Shown in pieces: positions 1 to 8,341 of a stretch of 29,539 nucleotides of DNA. How positions within the stretch are numbered: the stretch's first letter is position 1; each line of letters begins with the position of its first letter. The notes beneath the pieces were generated by a model. It made no database searches, was not told where the DNA came from, and saw only the letters and a list, made by a program, of their open reading frames with translations. A program made the translations under genes and the position numbers. Origin of the DNA: a virus (taxonomy: Duplodnaviria; Caudoviricetes); IMG/VR virus record IMGVR_UViG_3300008255_000362, positions 1-29,539 of that record; one strand, 5' to 3'.

Positions 1-2
1 CG

Positions 3-749
3 CCCCCGCCCGCGGAACCGCCCGCCCCGAAGCGCGACACCCGCGCCGAGGCGGGCGCCGCGCTCGGGGTGACGCGCGGCCGAGTGCAGCAGGCGAAGGC
101 GCTCGCGAAGGCCCGCCCCGACCTGGCCGAGCAGGTAGCCAGCGGGGACCTCTCGATCCGCGAGGCCCGCGGGCAGGCGCGGCAGGCGAAGAAGCGCGAG
201 ACTGCCGCGCGGATCGACGCCGAGCCAACCCCGTCCCCCAAGGGGCCGTTTCGCGTCATCGTCGCCGACCCTCCGTGGAAGTACGAGAAGCGCGTGGACG
301 ACATCACGCACCGGGCGCGGCTTCCCTACCCGGAGATGGACACCGCCGCGATCTGCGCGCTGCCCGTCGGGGCCATGGCCCACGAGGACTGCATCCTCTG
401 GCTGTGGACGACCAATGCCTTCATGCGCGACGCCTACGCGGTGCTCGACGCTTGGGGTTTCCGCGAGCGCACCATCCTGACCTGGGTCAAGGACCGGATG
501 GGGACCGGCGACTGGCTGCGGGGCAAAACCGAGCACTGCATCCTCGCGATCCGTGGGCGCCCGACGGTGTGTCTCACGAACCAGACCACCGTGATCCCGG
601 GTCCCGTGCGCGAGCACAGCCGGAAGCCCAACGAGTTCTACGCGCTCGTCGAGGCGCTGTGCCCCGGGAGCAAGGTGGAGTTGTTCTCCCGCGAAACGCG
701 CAAGGGCTGGGGCTCATGGGGGGCGGAGGTCGGGACCTTCAATGCGTGA
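3..749 (+). CDS. MT-A70 family N6-adenine DNA methyltransferase with N-terminal ParB-like HTH remnant; 5' end outside the window
   Basis: VIVADPPW catalytic motif, LWLWTTN, WGF...TWVK, EHC...G and HSRKP...ELFSR...WG are MT-A70 signatures. The frame is open from base 3 (RDTRAEAGAALGVTRGRVQQAK is HTH-like). Confidence 0.9.
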   Translation, partial: PPPAEPPAPKRDTRAEAGAALGVTRGRVQQAKALAKARPDLAEQVASGDLSIREARGQARQAKKRETAARIDAEPTPSPKGPFRVIVADPPWKYEKRVDDITHRARLPYPEMDTAAICALPVGAMAHEDCILWLWTTNAFMRDAYAVLDAWGFRERTILTWVKDRMGTGDWLRGKTEHCILAIRGRPTVCLTNQTTVIPGPVREHSRKPNEFYALVEALCPGSKVELFSRETRKGWGSWGAEVGTFNA

Positions 750-1317
750 CTCGGGCGAGTGGTTCCTCGGCGACTACGCCCAGCGGCGGTGGGTGCGCTG
801 GCTCGCCAGGCGCGGGAACCTGCTCCTGCCGACGCATGCTCTCCAGGACAACGCGCCTGGCACCAAGGCCCCGATGCTCCTCGCCGAGGGAGGACTCCTC
901 GTCGCGCCGGATGTGCTGTGCATCGGCGCCAAGGCCACGAACTGGCACGAGGTCAAGGCCAAGTCGGCGCCGAACTGGCACCGGAACAGCGCCCGCTGGG
1001 AGCACGGGATCGACTGCGCCAACTTCGAGGAGTACGCCGAGATCCAGGCCCGGACGGGGTGGCGTGTCGAGATGGTGCTGCACGAGGAGCAGAGCCCCAC
1101 GGACGAGCAGGCATGCAGCGCGCTTCTGCCCTCCGACGTGTGGCTGTGGGCTCCGCTGGATGCTGTTCGTGACGCTGGCGAGCATCGCCCGGCGTGGCCG
1201 GGCGGGGCGGCTGATCCCACGCGCCGAGGCCGACGGGGCAAGGGCGGCTGGCTCTGGCCGCGCGCCGTGATGCGACGGATCGACGTGGACGCGGAACCAC
1301 AAGTGGGGATGTTCTGA
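742..1317 (+). CDS. Putative PD-(D/E)xK restriction-endonuclease-fold protein
   Basis: APDVLCIG...WHEVKAK fits PD..(D/E)xK. The ATG overlaps the methyltransferase 3' end, and third positions are GC-rich. Confidence 0.55.
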   Translation: MRDSGEWFLGDYAQRRWVRWLARRGNLLLPTHALQDNAPGTKAPMLLAEGGLLVAPDVLCIGAKATNWHEVKAKSAPNWHRNSARWEHGIDCANFEEYAEIQARTGWRVEMVLHEEQSPTDEQACSALLPSDVWLWAPLDAVRDAGEHRPAWPGGAADPTRRGRRGKGGWLWPRAVMRRIDVDAEPQVGMF

Positions 1318-1364
1318 TGCCTGTTGCCCCCTTCGCCCCTGAGTTCGACCGAGCCCTTGCCTCG

Positions 1365-1744
1365 GGTGGCACGGGCGGGTAGAGTCTCGACAACCGGCCG
1401 CCGCCCTACGGATTGGCCAACGAAGATGGTGCCACCCGGTGCCACCCGGTGCCACCCTGGTGCCAGGGGGGTGGCTCCATTCCTGGCAAGGTTCAACCGG
1501 CGCTTTCGCGATCGGTGCCACCTGAGCCGAAAAGGGTACCCCTAAGGGGCTCTCTCTCCGGGGACATAGCTGTACAGGTGTACAGCACTGTGCATGCGTG
1601 CAGTGTGTATGCCAGAAGCCGTAGGTAGGGGGTATGGGTTTAGGTGGCACGGTGGCACCAGAGATATTGCTACTATGAAAGTAGAGGTTCTCTCTATCTT
1701 ATGAGTGTGCCTTTCCGGTGCCATCTGTGCGCCACCCTGGCACC
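1365..1744. repeat. Array of direct and inverted GGTGCCACC-type repeats around an AT-rich patch; candidate replication origin
   Basis: GGTGCCACC at 1428, 1438, 1448 and 1514; GGTGCCA at 1459 and 1717; reverse-complement copies at 1365, 1643, 1651 and 1738; AT-rich stretch about 1660-1705. No credible ORF here. Confidence 0.75.
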
Positions 1745-1757
1745 GAACGGAGATCCG

Positions 1758-2288
1758 ATGATTGAATCCCCCCTCGTTCTCGCCCTAGATCCCGGTCTCT
1801 CGGGAGGTGCCGTGCTGCTCTCGGGGAGTGCCGTCCTCGCCTGGTGGGCGTGGTCTACGCGTCGCGCCGGCGTCTGGTATTCCCCCTCGACCGGGGAAGG
1901 GACATTGCTGCCCTCTCTGGCCTCTGTGGCGGCCTGCGTTGGCGCGGACGTCACCCAGGGCGCCCTGCTCGTCGTCGAGGCCCAGCACGTACGTAGGGGC
2001 ATCCCACAGGCATCCGCTCTGCTGTGCGCCTACCACGCCGGACTCATGGCCGGGCCGCTCGAACTCGCGGGGTGCGTGCCGGGGCCTCGCCCTCACGCGG
2101 GAGACTGGGCGCAGATCTGCGGCGGGGTGGGACTGCCAGGCAAGCGGATGACGCTCACAGCCATCACCTGGGCACGGCGCCACCTCGACTGGAGCAGCCC
2201 CTGCACCCGCACCATCGTCCCCTCTGACGACTGCCTTGGCGCCGTCCACGAGGCCGCGGTAATGGCGGTGTGGGCCTCACAAGCGTAG
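1758..2288 (+). CDS. RuvC-like Holliday junction resolvase
   Basis: N-terminal VLALDPGLSGG, central VVE and C-terminal HEAAVMA fit the RNase H-fold RuvC pattern. GGAG at 1749-1752 supports the ATG at 1758 over the track start at 1644. Confidence 0.7.
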   Translation: MIESPLVLALDPGLSGGAVLLSGSAVLAWWAWSTRRAGVWYSPSTGEGTLLPSLASVAACVGADVTQGALLVVEAQHVRRGIPQASALLCAYHAGLMAGPLELAGCVPGPRPHAGDWAQICGGVGLPGKRMTLTAITWARRHLDWSSPCTRTIVPSDDCLGAVHEAAVMAVWASQA

Positions 2289-2342
2289 GCAGGGGCCTCC
2301 TGGGAGGGTAGTCGTTGAAGTTCGCGCAGCCCGAGTCGACGC

Positions 2343-2371
2343 TCGATGTCGATGTCGATGTCGGCTACCAT
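2343..2371 (+). promoter_or_regulatory. Possible sigma70-type promoter for the packaging/structural operon
   Basis: TCGATG (2343-2348), 17 nt, TACCAT (2366-2371), in the gap before terS. TCGATG is tandemly repeated three times. Confidence 0.35.
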
Positions 2372-2451
2372 GACAACAGGGGCAACACCAAACGCCGCCC
2401 TTGCCCCCTCCGCTGCCCTGGGGACGGGGTGGGCTGTAGAGGGGGGCGAGC

Positions 2452-2949
2452 ATGGGCGAGGGCATGACGCGGCAACCAGCGGCAACCAGGGGCACACGGG
2501 GGCCGTCCTGCGTTGGCCGAGCCCGTCGCCCCGAGCTGATCCGTCTGCGGATCGGTGGTGCCTCGGTGACCGAGATCGCGGCCGAACTGCGGGTGTCGGC
2601 GCCGGTGGTGTCTCGGACGCTACAGCTCGCCGAGGTGGCCGACGCCATCAACAGCGCGCACGCGATCGCCCGCGAGGACGCGGCCCGGGTCCTGTCGGCG
2701 AGCGCCCTCGCGGCCGTGCGGGTCCTCGTCGCCCTCGCTGGGGGCTGCCCTGACGAGAAAGGCCGGCTGACCGTGGCTGACGCGGTGCGCCTTCGAGCGG
2801 CGACCGAGGTACTCGACCGGTGCGGGCTGCATCGGGCCGAGCGCCGGGAGGTGAGCGGCCCCGACGCCGGCCCCGTCCAGACCGAGACGCGGATCGAGTT
2901 GGCCGGCATGAGCCTAGAGCAGATCGACGCGCTGCTCGCTCGGCTCTAG
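2452..2949 (+). CDS. terS: Terminase small subunit (start could be 2464)
   Basis: N-terminal HTH (GASVTEIAAELRVSAPVVSR), RLRAATEVLDR and C-terminal EVSGPDAGPV; sits directly upstream of terL. Confidence 0.75.
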   Translation: MGEGMTRQPAATRGTRGPSCVGRARRPELIRLRIGGASVTEIAAELRVSAPVVSRTLQLAEVADAINSAHAIAREDAARVLSASALAAVRVLVALAGGCPDEKGRLTVADAVRLRAATEVLDRCGLHRAERREVSGPDAGPVQTETRIELAGMSLEQIDALLARL

Positions 2950-4254
2950 GTGCCCCGGTCGGCTATCGATGCGGCCGTCGAGGCGATGCCGCACCTGCGC
3001 GCCCGGCTCTCGCTCGGGCCGACGGCAGCGCGGTTCTTGCGGGACAACTCCGCTCGCTCCCTGCTGCGTGCAGGCAATCGCGCGGGCAAGACCTACGTCG
3101 GTTCCATCCGGGCGTGGGATCACGTCCTGGGGGCACCGGGGCGCACGCTGCTGGTCCTTCCGGCCGACCACACCGCGAAGATCCAGGTCATCGGGAAGCA
3201 ACTATATGAACTGGCGCCGACCTCTCACCTGGTGGGCTCGGACTTCGACCTGCGCCGCGGCTGGCGAAACGACCTGATCGAGCTCCGGAACGGATCGAGG
3301 ATTCTGTTCCGCTCGGGCGAGGGCGCGGCGAAGGCCGTAGCGGGTGTGGAGGCGACGGGCGGCTGGTTCGACGAGCCTCCTTCGTCCATCGTCCTCGACG
3401 AGCTGCTGGCCCGCGTGGCGGTCAGCCAGGGGCCGGTCTGGGGAACGCTGACCCCCATCGGCGTCAACGCGCGCCCGCTGCAACTCCGAGTCGAGGGGGA
3501 CCCCGCTGCGGGCCGCCCCCCGGGCGAGACCTGGCAGCAGTACGTGCTGCCTCTGACCGCAGAGGAGTGCCCGTGGCGCACCCCCGAGTCGATCGCCGCG
3601 CAACTCGACGGCCTCGCACCGTGGGCTCGAGCCCAGCGCGGCGAGGGGGGGTGGGAGGGCGAGACGGTGGACAGGGTTTTCACCGGCTTTACCGAGGAAT
3701 CGGTCGTCGCTGCGGTACCTCAGCGCTCGTGGCAGGTGCTGATTGGCATCGACCATGGCGAGTTGGCCGGGCACGAGGTCGCGGTGTTGGTTCTCTGGGA
3801 TCCCCAGACGCCGCAGATGATCATCCTCGACGAGTATGTCAACGCCACGCGCTCCGACCCCGACGCCGATGTACTAGGCATCCGCGAGATGCTGGCTCGA
3901 CACGAGTTGGCCCCGCGCCACGTTGACAACATTGTGGGCGACACGAACAGCGCCGGCAAAACAGCCGGTGGGCGCACGATCAACGACCTTATGGCGGACC
4001 TGCTCGGGGTGCCGGTCCACCCGGCGGCGAAGGGTCCAGGCTCCGTCGACGCAGGGGTGTCACTGCTCGACCTGGCCATGCGGAGAGGGCTCCTCCGAGT
4101 GCATCAGCGGTGCGTCTTGCTGATCCGGAGCCTGCGCCATTGGGCCGGCGCGGACGACGACTTGAAACACCCGATCGATGCGCTCCGATACGTGGCGACC
4201 GAACCACTGCAAGACGCCATGCGCCCCCCATCGTGGTTGGTGGCTCTGCCTTGA
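2950..4254 (+). CDS. terL: Terminase large subunit
   Basis: Walker A AGNRAGKT, Walker B GWFDEPP, coupling motif TLTP, nuclease motifs IGIDHG and HPIDALRY. Confidence 0.93.
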   Translation: MPRSAIDAAVEAMPHLRARLSLGPTAARFLRDNSARSLLRAGNRAGKTYVGSIRAWDHVLGAPGRTLLVLPADHTAKIQVIGKQLYELAPTSHLVGSDFDLRRGWRNDLIELRNGSRILFRSGEGAAKAVAGVEATGGWFDEPPSSIVLDELLARVAVSQGPVWGTLTPIGVNARPLQLRVEGDPAAGRPPGETWQQYVLPLTAEECPWRTPESIAAQLDGLAPWARAQRGEGGWEGETVDRVFTGFTEESVVAAVPQRSWQVLIGIDHGELAGHEVAVLVLWDPQTPQMIILDEYVNATRSDPDADVLGIREMLARHELAPRHVDNIVGDTNSAGKTAGGRTINDLMADLLGVPVHPAAKGPGSVDAGVSLLDLAMRRGLLRVHQRCVLLIRSLRHWAGADDDLKHPIDALRYVATEPLQDAMRPPSWLVALP

Positions 4255-4272
4255 CGTGCTACGCTCTCCGCG

Positions 4273-5715
4273 ATGACCTCTCGCGACGCGCAACAAGGGC
4301 CGCCGCCCCCAGACTCGGTGACCGGGGACCTCTGGCAGGCGACGAGTCTGCGCCTGCGGATACTGGAGACGTCCGCTTGGCGCCGCGACCTCTCTGAGTA
4401 CATGAGCCGGCACGTCTCGTCGACATCGCTCATCGCTTGGGGCGAGCCCACGATCGCGGCAAACCTGCTGAAGTCGGTCGTGACGAAGGTGGCGACGCTC
4501 TACCGCCTGCCACCGGTGCTGACTCACGATGCGCTGACGCCCGACGGACAGGCGTACATGGCCTCGATCGGACTGTTCGCGCAGCATCGCCGGCTGAACC
4601 GCCTCGTGGTGGGGCTCCGTGACTGTCTGGTCCGGGTGCACTGGAGCCCGGAGTTGGGGCTCCCGCAGATTGAGTTGGTGCCGCCGCATCGTGCCTACGT
4701 CCGAGCACTGCGGCACGCGCCGGATCACCCCGTTGAGATCCGACAGGCGATCCTGATGAGGGATCCCCTGCTCGACAAAGGGAAGCCTCACCGCTGGTTC
4801 TGGGAGGTGTGGTCCATCGAGGACCCCTTCTCCCCGACGTACAGGATCATCGAGGCGGACGGGCGGCGACTGGACCGCAGCGCGGACTTCGGTGTGGATA
4901 CGTCCTACCCGTGGGTCGCTGACGGCGTGCCCTACATTCCACTGGTGCTGTACCACGCCGAGGACACGGGCTGTGTGATGGACTCGGATGGGTGGTCGGA
5001 ACTGGTCGACGGTACGCTGACGGTGGCGATGCTCGTGACGTTCTGGCTCCACGTCGTACGCAATGCCAGTTGGAGCCAAGCCTACGGCATCAACGTGAAG
5101 CTGCGCGGGGCGCGGCTGAACGAGGGGGGCGCGGACCCCAACGTCAACGCTCGGACGGTGGCCGCGGACCCGAAGTCGATCCTGATGTTCGACTCCGCGC
5201 TCGGTGGCTCGGTGGGGACGATCGACAAGCCCTCGGACCCCCAGTACGTGATCGCGGCGATCACGCAGTACGCGGGATGGATCCTCAGTCAGATCGGCCT
5301 GGGCACGGACGACGTGCAGATCGCCGAGGCACAGTCAGGGGTAGCGCTGACCATCCGGCAGGAGGGCATCACCCGACTGCAACAGGACCACCTGCCCGGC
5401 ATGACCAAGGGCGACCTCGCGCTGGCGGCGCTGGCGGCGCGGGTCGCGAACACTTTCGGCGGCGGGTCGCTGCCCACGGACGGGTGGGAGATCACCTACC
5501 CGGCGGCGCCGAAGACACGGGCGGATCGGATCGACGATCTGGACCATAAGCAGAAGATGATCGACCTGGGGCTGCTGTCTCGGATCGACCTGATCCTTGA
5601 GATCCGCCCCTGGCTGACTCGGCCCGAGGCGATTCAGGAAGCCTACAGAATCGATATCGAGAACGCGATCGGGGCCGCTGTGCCGGCCCGAGGAGAGCCC
5701 AATGCCGGAGAGTGA
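4273..5715 (+). CDS. Portal protein
   Basis: 480 aa directly after terL; NLLKSVVTKVATLY, PYIPLVLYH, SGVALTIR and WEITYP resemble SPP1-type portal segments. Confidence 0.8.
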   Translation: MTSRDAQQGPPPPDSVTGDLWQATSLRLRILETSAWRRDLSEYMSRHVSSTSLIAWGEPTIAANLLKSVVTKVATLYRLPPVLTHDALTPDGQAYMASIGLFAQHRRLNRLVVGLRDCLVRVHWSPELGLPQIELVPPHRAYVRALRHAPDHPVEIRQAILMRDPLLDKGKPHRWFWEVWSIEDPFSPTYRIIEADGRRLDRSADFGVDTSYPWVADGVPYIPLVLYHAEDTGCVMDSDGWSELVDGTLTVAMLVTFWLHVVRNASWSQAYGINVKLRGARLNEGGADPNVNARTVAADPKSILMFDSALGGSVGTIDKPSDPQYVIAAITQYAGWILSQIGLGTDDVQIAEAQSGVALTIRQEGITRLQQDHLPGMTKGDLALAALAARVANTFGGGSLPTDGWEITYPAAPKTRADRIDDLDHKQKMIDLGLLSRIDLILEIRPWLTRPEAIQEAYRIDIENAIGAAVPARGEPNAGE

Positions 5716-6328
5716 GGCCGAGGTCGAGCCGCCCGCAAAGCGCTTCAAGGAGCTCTACGCGGAGATCAAGGCGGCCGAGGCTGCCACAGCGAAGGCGAAC
5801 GCCGCGGCCGAGAAGGCGAACGCCGCGTTGAAGGCGATGACCGAGCGCTACGAGAAGGCGGCGCAGGAGGCGGTCACCCTGGCCGAGACGCACACGGCCG
5901 AGTTGGCGCGCATCCAGGAGGACCACGCGGTGGATCGACTGCTGACCGCCGCCGGGGTGACCGACCCCGACCTGGTGGACTTCATCCGGCACAAGTACAG
6001 CACGCTCGAACCGACGCTGCCCGAGGATGCCGCAGAGGGGACGGAGCCGGTGAAGCCGACGTTTGGCGACTGGTGGGTGGCCTACGTCGAGAGCAAGCCG
6101 GCGGTGTTGCGCAGCGTGATCGCCGAGCCCGCGGCGCCCCCAAAGGGTCAGGCACCCCCGAAGGGTCAGGCGCCCCCGAAGCCCCCTCCGACGGCGACCA
6201 CGGGGCGCGAAGCCGAGCCTCGCACGGGCCAACCGACGGCAACCTCCCCCGCGCAGTTCGCCGCGATGGACCCGGCGTCGCAGCGTCAGGCGCTCGTCGA
6301 CATGGGGTTGCTACCCTCCCGGGAATGA
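5702..6328 (+). CDS. Capsid scaffolding protein
   Basis: Ala/Glu/Lys-rich coiled-coil N-terminus and Pro-rich linker; lies between portal and capsid genes. Confidence 0.65.
   Translation: MPESEAEVEPPAKRFKELYAEIKAAEAATAKANAAAEKANAALKAMTERYEKAAQEAVTLAETHTAELARIQEDHAVDRLLTAAGVTDPDLVDFIRHKYSTLEPTLPEDAAEGTEPVKPTFGDWWVAYVESKPAVLRSVIAEPAAPPKGQAPPKGQAPPKPPPTATTGREAEPRTGQPTATSPAQFAAMDPASQRQALVDMGLLPSRE
6134..6181 (+). repeat. 18-bp tandem repeat (about 2.7 copies) encoding APPKGQ in the scaffold linker
   Basis: gcgcccccaaagggtcag / gcacccccgaagggtcag / gcgcccccgaag. Confidence 0.9.
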
Positions 6329-6357
6329 TTGCGCGCGCTGCGCGGCCCGTGTATGCT
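6329..6357 (+). promoter_or_regulatory. Sigma70-type promoter upstream of the major capsid gene
   Basis: TTGCGC (6329-6334), 17 nt, TATGCT (6352-6357), immediately after the scaffold stop codon. Confidence 0.55.
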
Positions 6358-6359
6358 GT

Positions 6360-6530
6360 CAGCAGGTGCCGCCGACCTCAAGGGCGCGACTCGAGCATTG
6401 TCGAGAAAACTGCTCCGACCGGGACGTCGTAAAACCCCGGTGCCACCGACCGTAACGGGCGCTTCAGACTCGACACCTGATCCGCCTACGACGTGCCCGG
6501 CCCTAGACCCACGGTGTAGGCTCCACTGCA
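6360..6530 (+). ncRNA. Candidate structured 5' leader RNA of the capsid gene
   Basis: Complementary pairs CAGGTG/CACCTG enclose CTCGA/TCGAG, ACCGGG/CCCGGT and CCG-taa-CGG; a further GCCTAC..CGTG/CACG..GTAGGC stem follows. No family assignable. Confidence 0.4.
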
Positions 6531-6546
6531 AAGAGGAGCTTCTACC

Positions 6547-7482
6547 TTGACGACCACGTACACTGGCACCGGCGACCTGTTCATCGCCGCGGCCATGAAC
6601 CGCGCCATCCACGAGACCATCGTCGACCGCACTGACCTGGCGCTGCTCTGCACCTACAGGGGCTCGATCAACGGCACCGGATCGGTTGCCAGCAAGGTCG
6701 GCAAGGTGTCCTGGGATGACGCCATGGCCGCAAGCAACGCCGACGAGGTGACGACCGTCGCGGTGACCGACATCGGGACCTCGACCGCGACGATCACCGT
6801 CGCGCGCCAGGCGCTCGTGCGCACCGTCACCGACCTGTACGAGATCGCAGCGATCCCCGGTGGAGCCGGAATCGCCGCGATGGCGGCCGACATGGTCCGC
6901 GCCGCGCAGCTCCGCTTCACCGACATGGTGTGCGCGCTGTTCACGTCGCTCACCTCGAGCGTCGGGACCAGCGGGGTGAACGCTACCGTCGATGATCTCT
7001 ACGACGCGCTCTACACGCTCATCCAGGCCCGCGCGCCCGGCCAGCGGTACGCGGTGCTGGCGCCGATCCAACTGACCGACGTGATGGACTCGATCCGCGG
7101 TGAGGGACTGTCGATCACTCCTCCAGATGCCGCGAGCTCACTCACCGCCCTCGGCAACAACGCTGGCTACGGGATGCATGGCACCTTCGCCGGCGCGCAG
7201 CTCTGGAGCGCTGACTCCTGCGTCACCAACGGCGCCGACAAGGAGGGCGCGGTCTTCACGCCCGGTTGCTACGGCTACATGGACGGCGTGCCGAGCCACA
7301 TCTCGGCGCGGTCCACGTCCCGCGAGTCGTTCGCGCAGATGACCCCGGCCGGCTCGCCCGTGTACGTGACCTTCTCGGCAGACGAGCCGAAGGGCCACAC
7401 CATCGTGGTCGGGCACTACTTCGTCGGCGTCTCGGAGATCGAGGACGCCCGCGGCGTGAAGTTCGTCACTTCCGCCACCTAG
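6547..7482 (+). CDS. Major capsid protein (HK97-fold expected)
   Basis: 311 aa after the scaffold, strong GAGGAG RBS before a TTG start, very high GC3, capsid-like C-terminus (VGHYFVGVSEIEDARGVKF). Confidence 0.8.
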   Translation: MTTTYTGTGDLFIAAAMNRAIHETIVDRTDLALLCTYRGSINGTGSVASKVGKVSWDDAMAASNADEVTTVAVTDIGTSTATITVARQALVRTVTDLYEIAAIPGGAGIAAMAADMVRAAQLRFTDMVCALFTSLTSSVGTSGVNATVDDLYDALYTLIQARAPGQRYAVLAPIQLTDVMDSIRGEGLSITPPDAASSLTALGNNAGYGMHGTFAGAQLWSADSCVTNGADKEGAVFTPGCYGYMDGVPSHISARSTSRESFAQMTPAGSPVYVTFSADEPKGHTIVVGHYFVGVSEIEDARGVKFVTSAT

Positions 7483-7484
7483 GT

Positions 7485-7571
7485 GGGTCGGGGTGGTCGC
7501 GGAAACCTGAACGCCGGGGTGCCCCCACCAGGCGAGACAGACCGGAGAGACGGTCACACCACCCGCGACCC
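7485..7571 (+). other. Multibranch stem-loop directly after the capsid stop codon
   Basis: GGGTCG-GGGTGGT pairs with ACCACCC-g-CGACCC and encloses CGCC..GGCG and GACCG-gagaga-CGGTC. No U-tract. Confidence 0.5.
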
Positions 7572-7582
7572 GGAGACACACC

Positions 7583-8341
7583 ATGGCAGCAACGTACGGA
7601 GAGGCAGAGCCGACCCAGGCTGCAGGCGGCCAGAAGCCGCTCTCGGCCATCGAGGGCCGGACCCGAGCCAAGTTTCTGCTCATGGTCAATCCCGACTGCT
7701 GGGTGTGGGACGCCAGCGCCGGGGAGTACCTTGTCGACCTCCAGCGGCTGCCTCTGATCCCCGGCGTGCAGGGAGTCGATGACACCGGGAATCCGGCGGC
7801 AGCGATCGCGTTCCACAACCAGAAGGGGCGGCGGGTGCTACTCACTGGTGACCGGCTGCTGCGGATGCCGGGTGACCCGTCGCCGTTCTTGCGGGACGGG
7901 ATGTACCGCGCCAGGTGGGTCGCGCTGACGGCAGAGCGGGGCGTCGGACGCTACGCCTACGGGTGGGCGTGGGAGGGCTACGAGCGGGTCGGCCAGGAGG
8001 TCTATTGGTCCGAGGACCGGCCCATGAAGCAGCGGTTTCAGCGCCACCTGGTCACGGCTCGGCTCGTCGATCCGATGTCTCTCGGGATCCGAGGCAAGAT
8101 GCTCAAGACGGCGATCGACCGCTACGACCGGCTGGTGCGGCGCGCCAAGGACGAGAGTCAGTACCGCGCCCGGGACGCCGCGAAGGCGCACCTCGACGAG
8201 TTGCTGGCCGACTTCCGCGAGCACGGGGGGCAGTTCAACGGACGCCGCCCGGTACTCACCAATGAGCGGGCCGACGTCGGCGAGATGGACATCGACATTC
8301 AGTTGCCGCTCGACCCAGACGAGGAGGTGGCCCATGGGTAG
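7583..8341 (+). CDS. Hypothetical phage protein (head region)
   Basis: GGAG RBS, GC3-biased 252-aa ORF; no motif recognised. Confidence 0.75.
   Translation: MAATYGEAEPTQAAGGQKPLSAIEGRTRAKFLLMVNPDCWVWDASAGEYLVDLQRLPLIPGVQGVDDTGNPAAAIAFHNQKGRRVLLTGDRLLRMPGDPSPFLRDGMYRARWVALTAERGVGRYAYGWAWEGYERVGQEVYWSEDRPMKQRFQRHLVTARLVDPMSLGIRGKMLKTAIDRYDRLVRRAKDESQYRARDAAKAHLDELLADFREHGGQFNGRRPVLTNERADVGEMDIDIQLPLDPDEEVAHG

Noticed and set aside
1428-1466. Repeat array as a CRISPR array
   Set aside because: Units are 9-10 bp with no unique spacers, occur in both orientations, and no cas genes are present.
2093-2497. Minus-strand ORF containing MVADIDIDIERR
   Set aside because: No RBS; it overlaps the resolvase and terS antisense, and the DIDIDI run simply reflects the TCGATG tandem repeat.
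6439-6447. Isolated GGTGCCACC copy in the capsid leader, matching the ori-like repeat
   Set aside because: A single GC-rich 9-mer is roughly expected by chance in 30 kb of high-GC DNA.
7500-7556. Hammerhead ribozyme (CTGA and GAAA words near stems)
   Set aside because: The core is CTGAACG rather than CUGANGA, and GAAA is not positioned after stem II.
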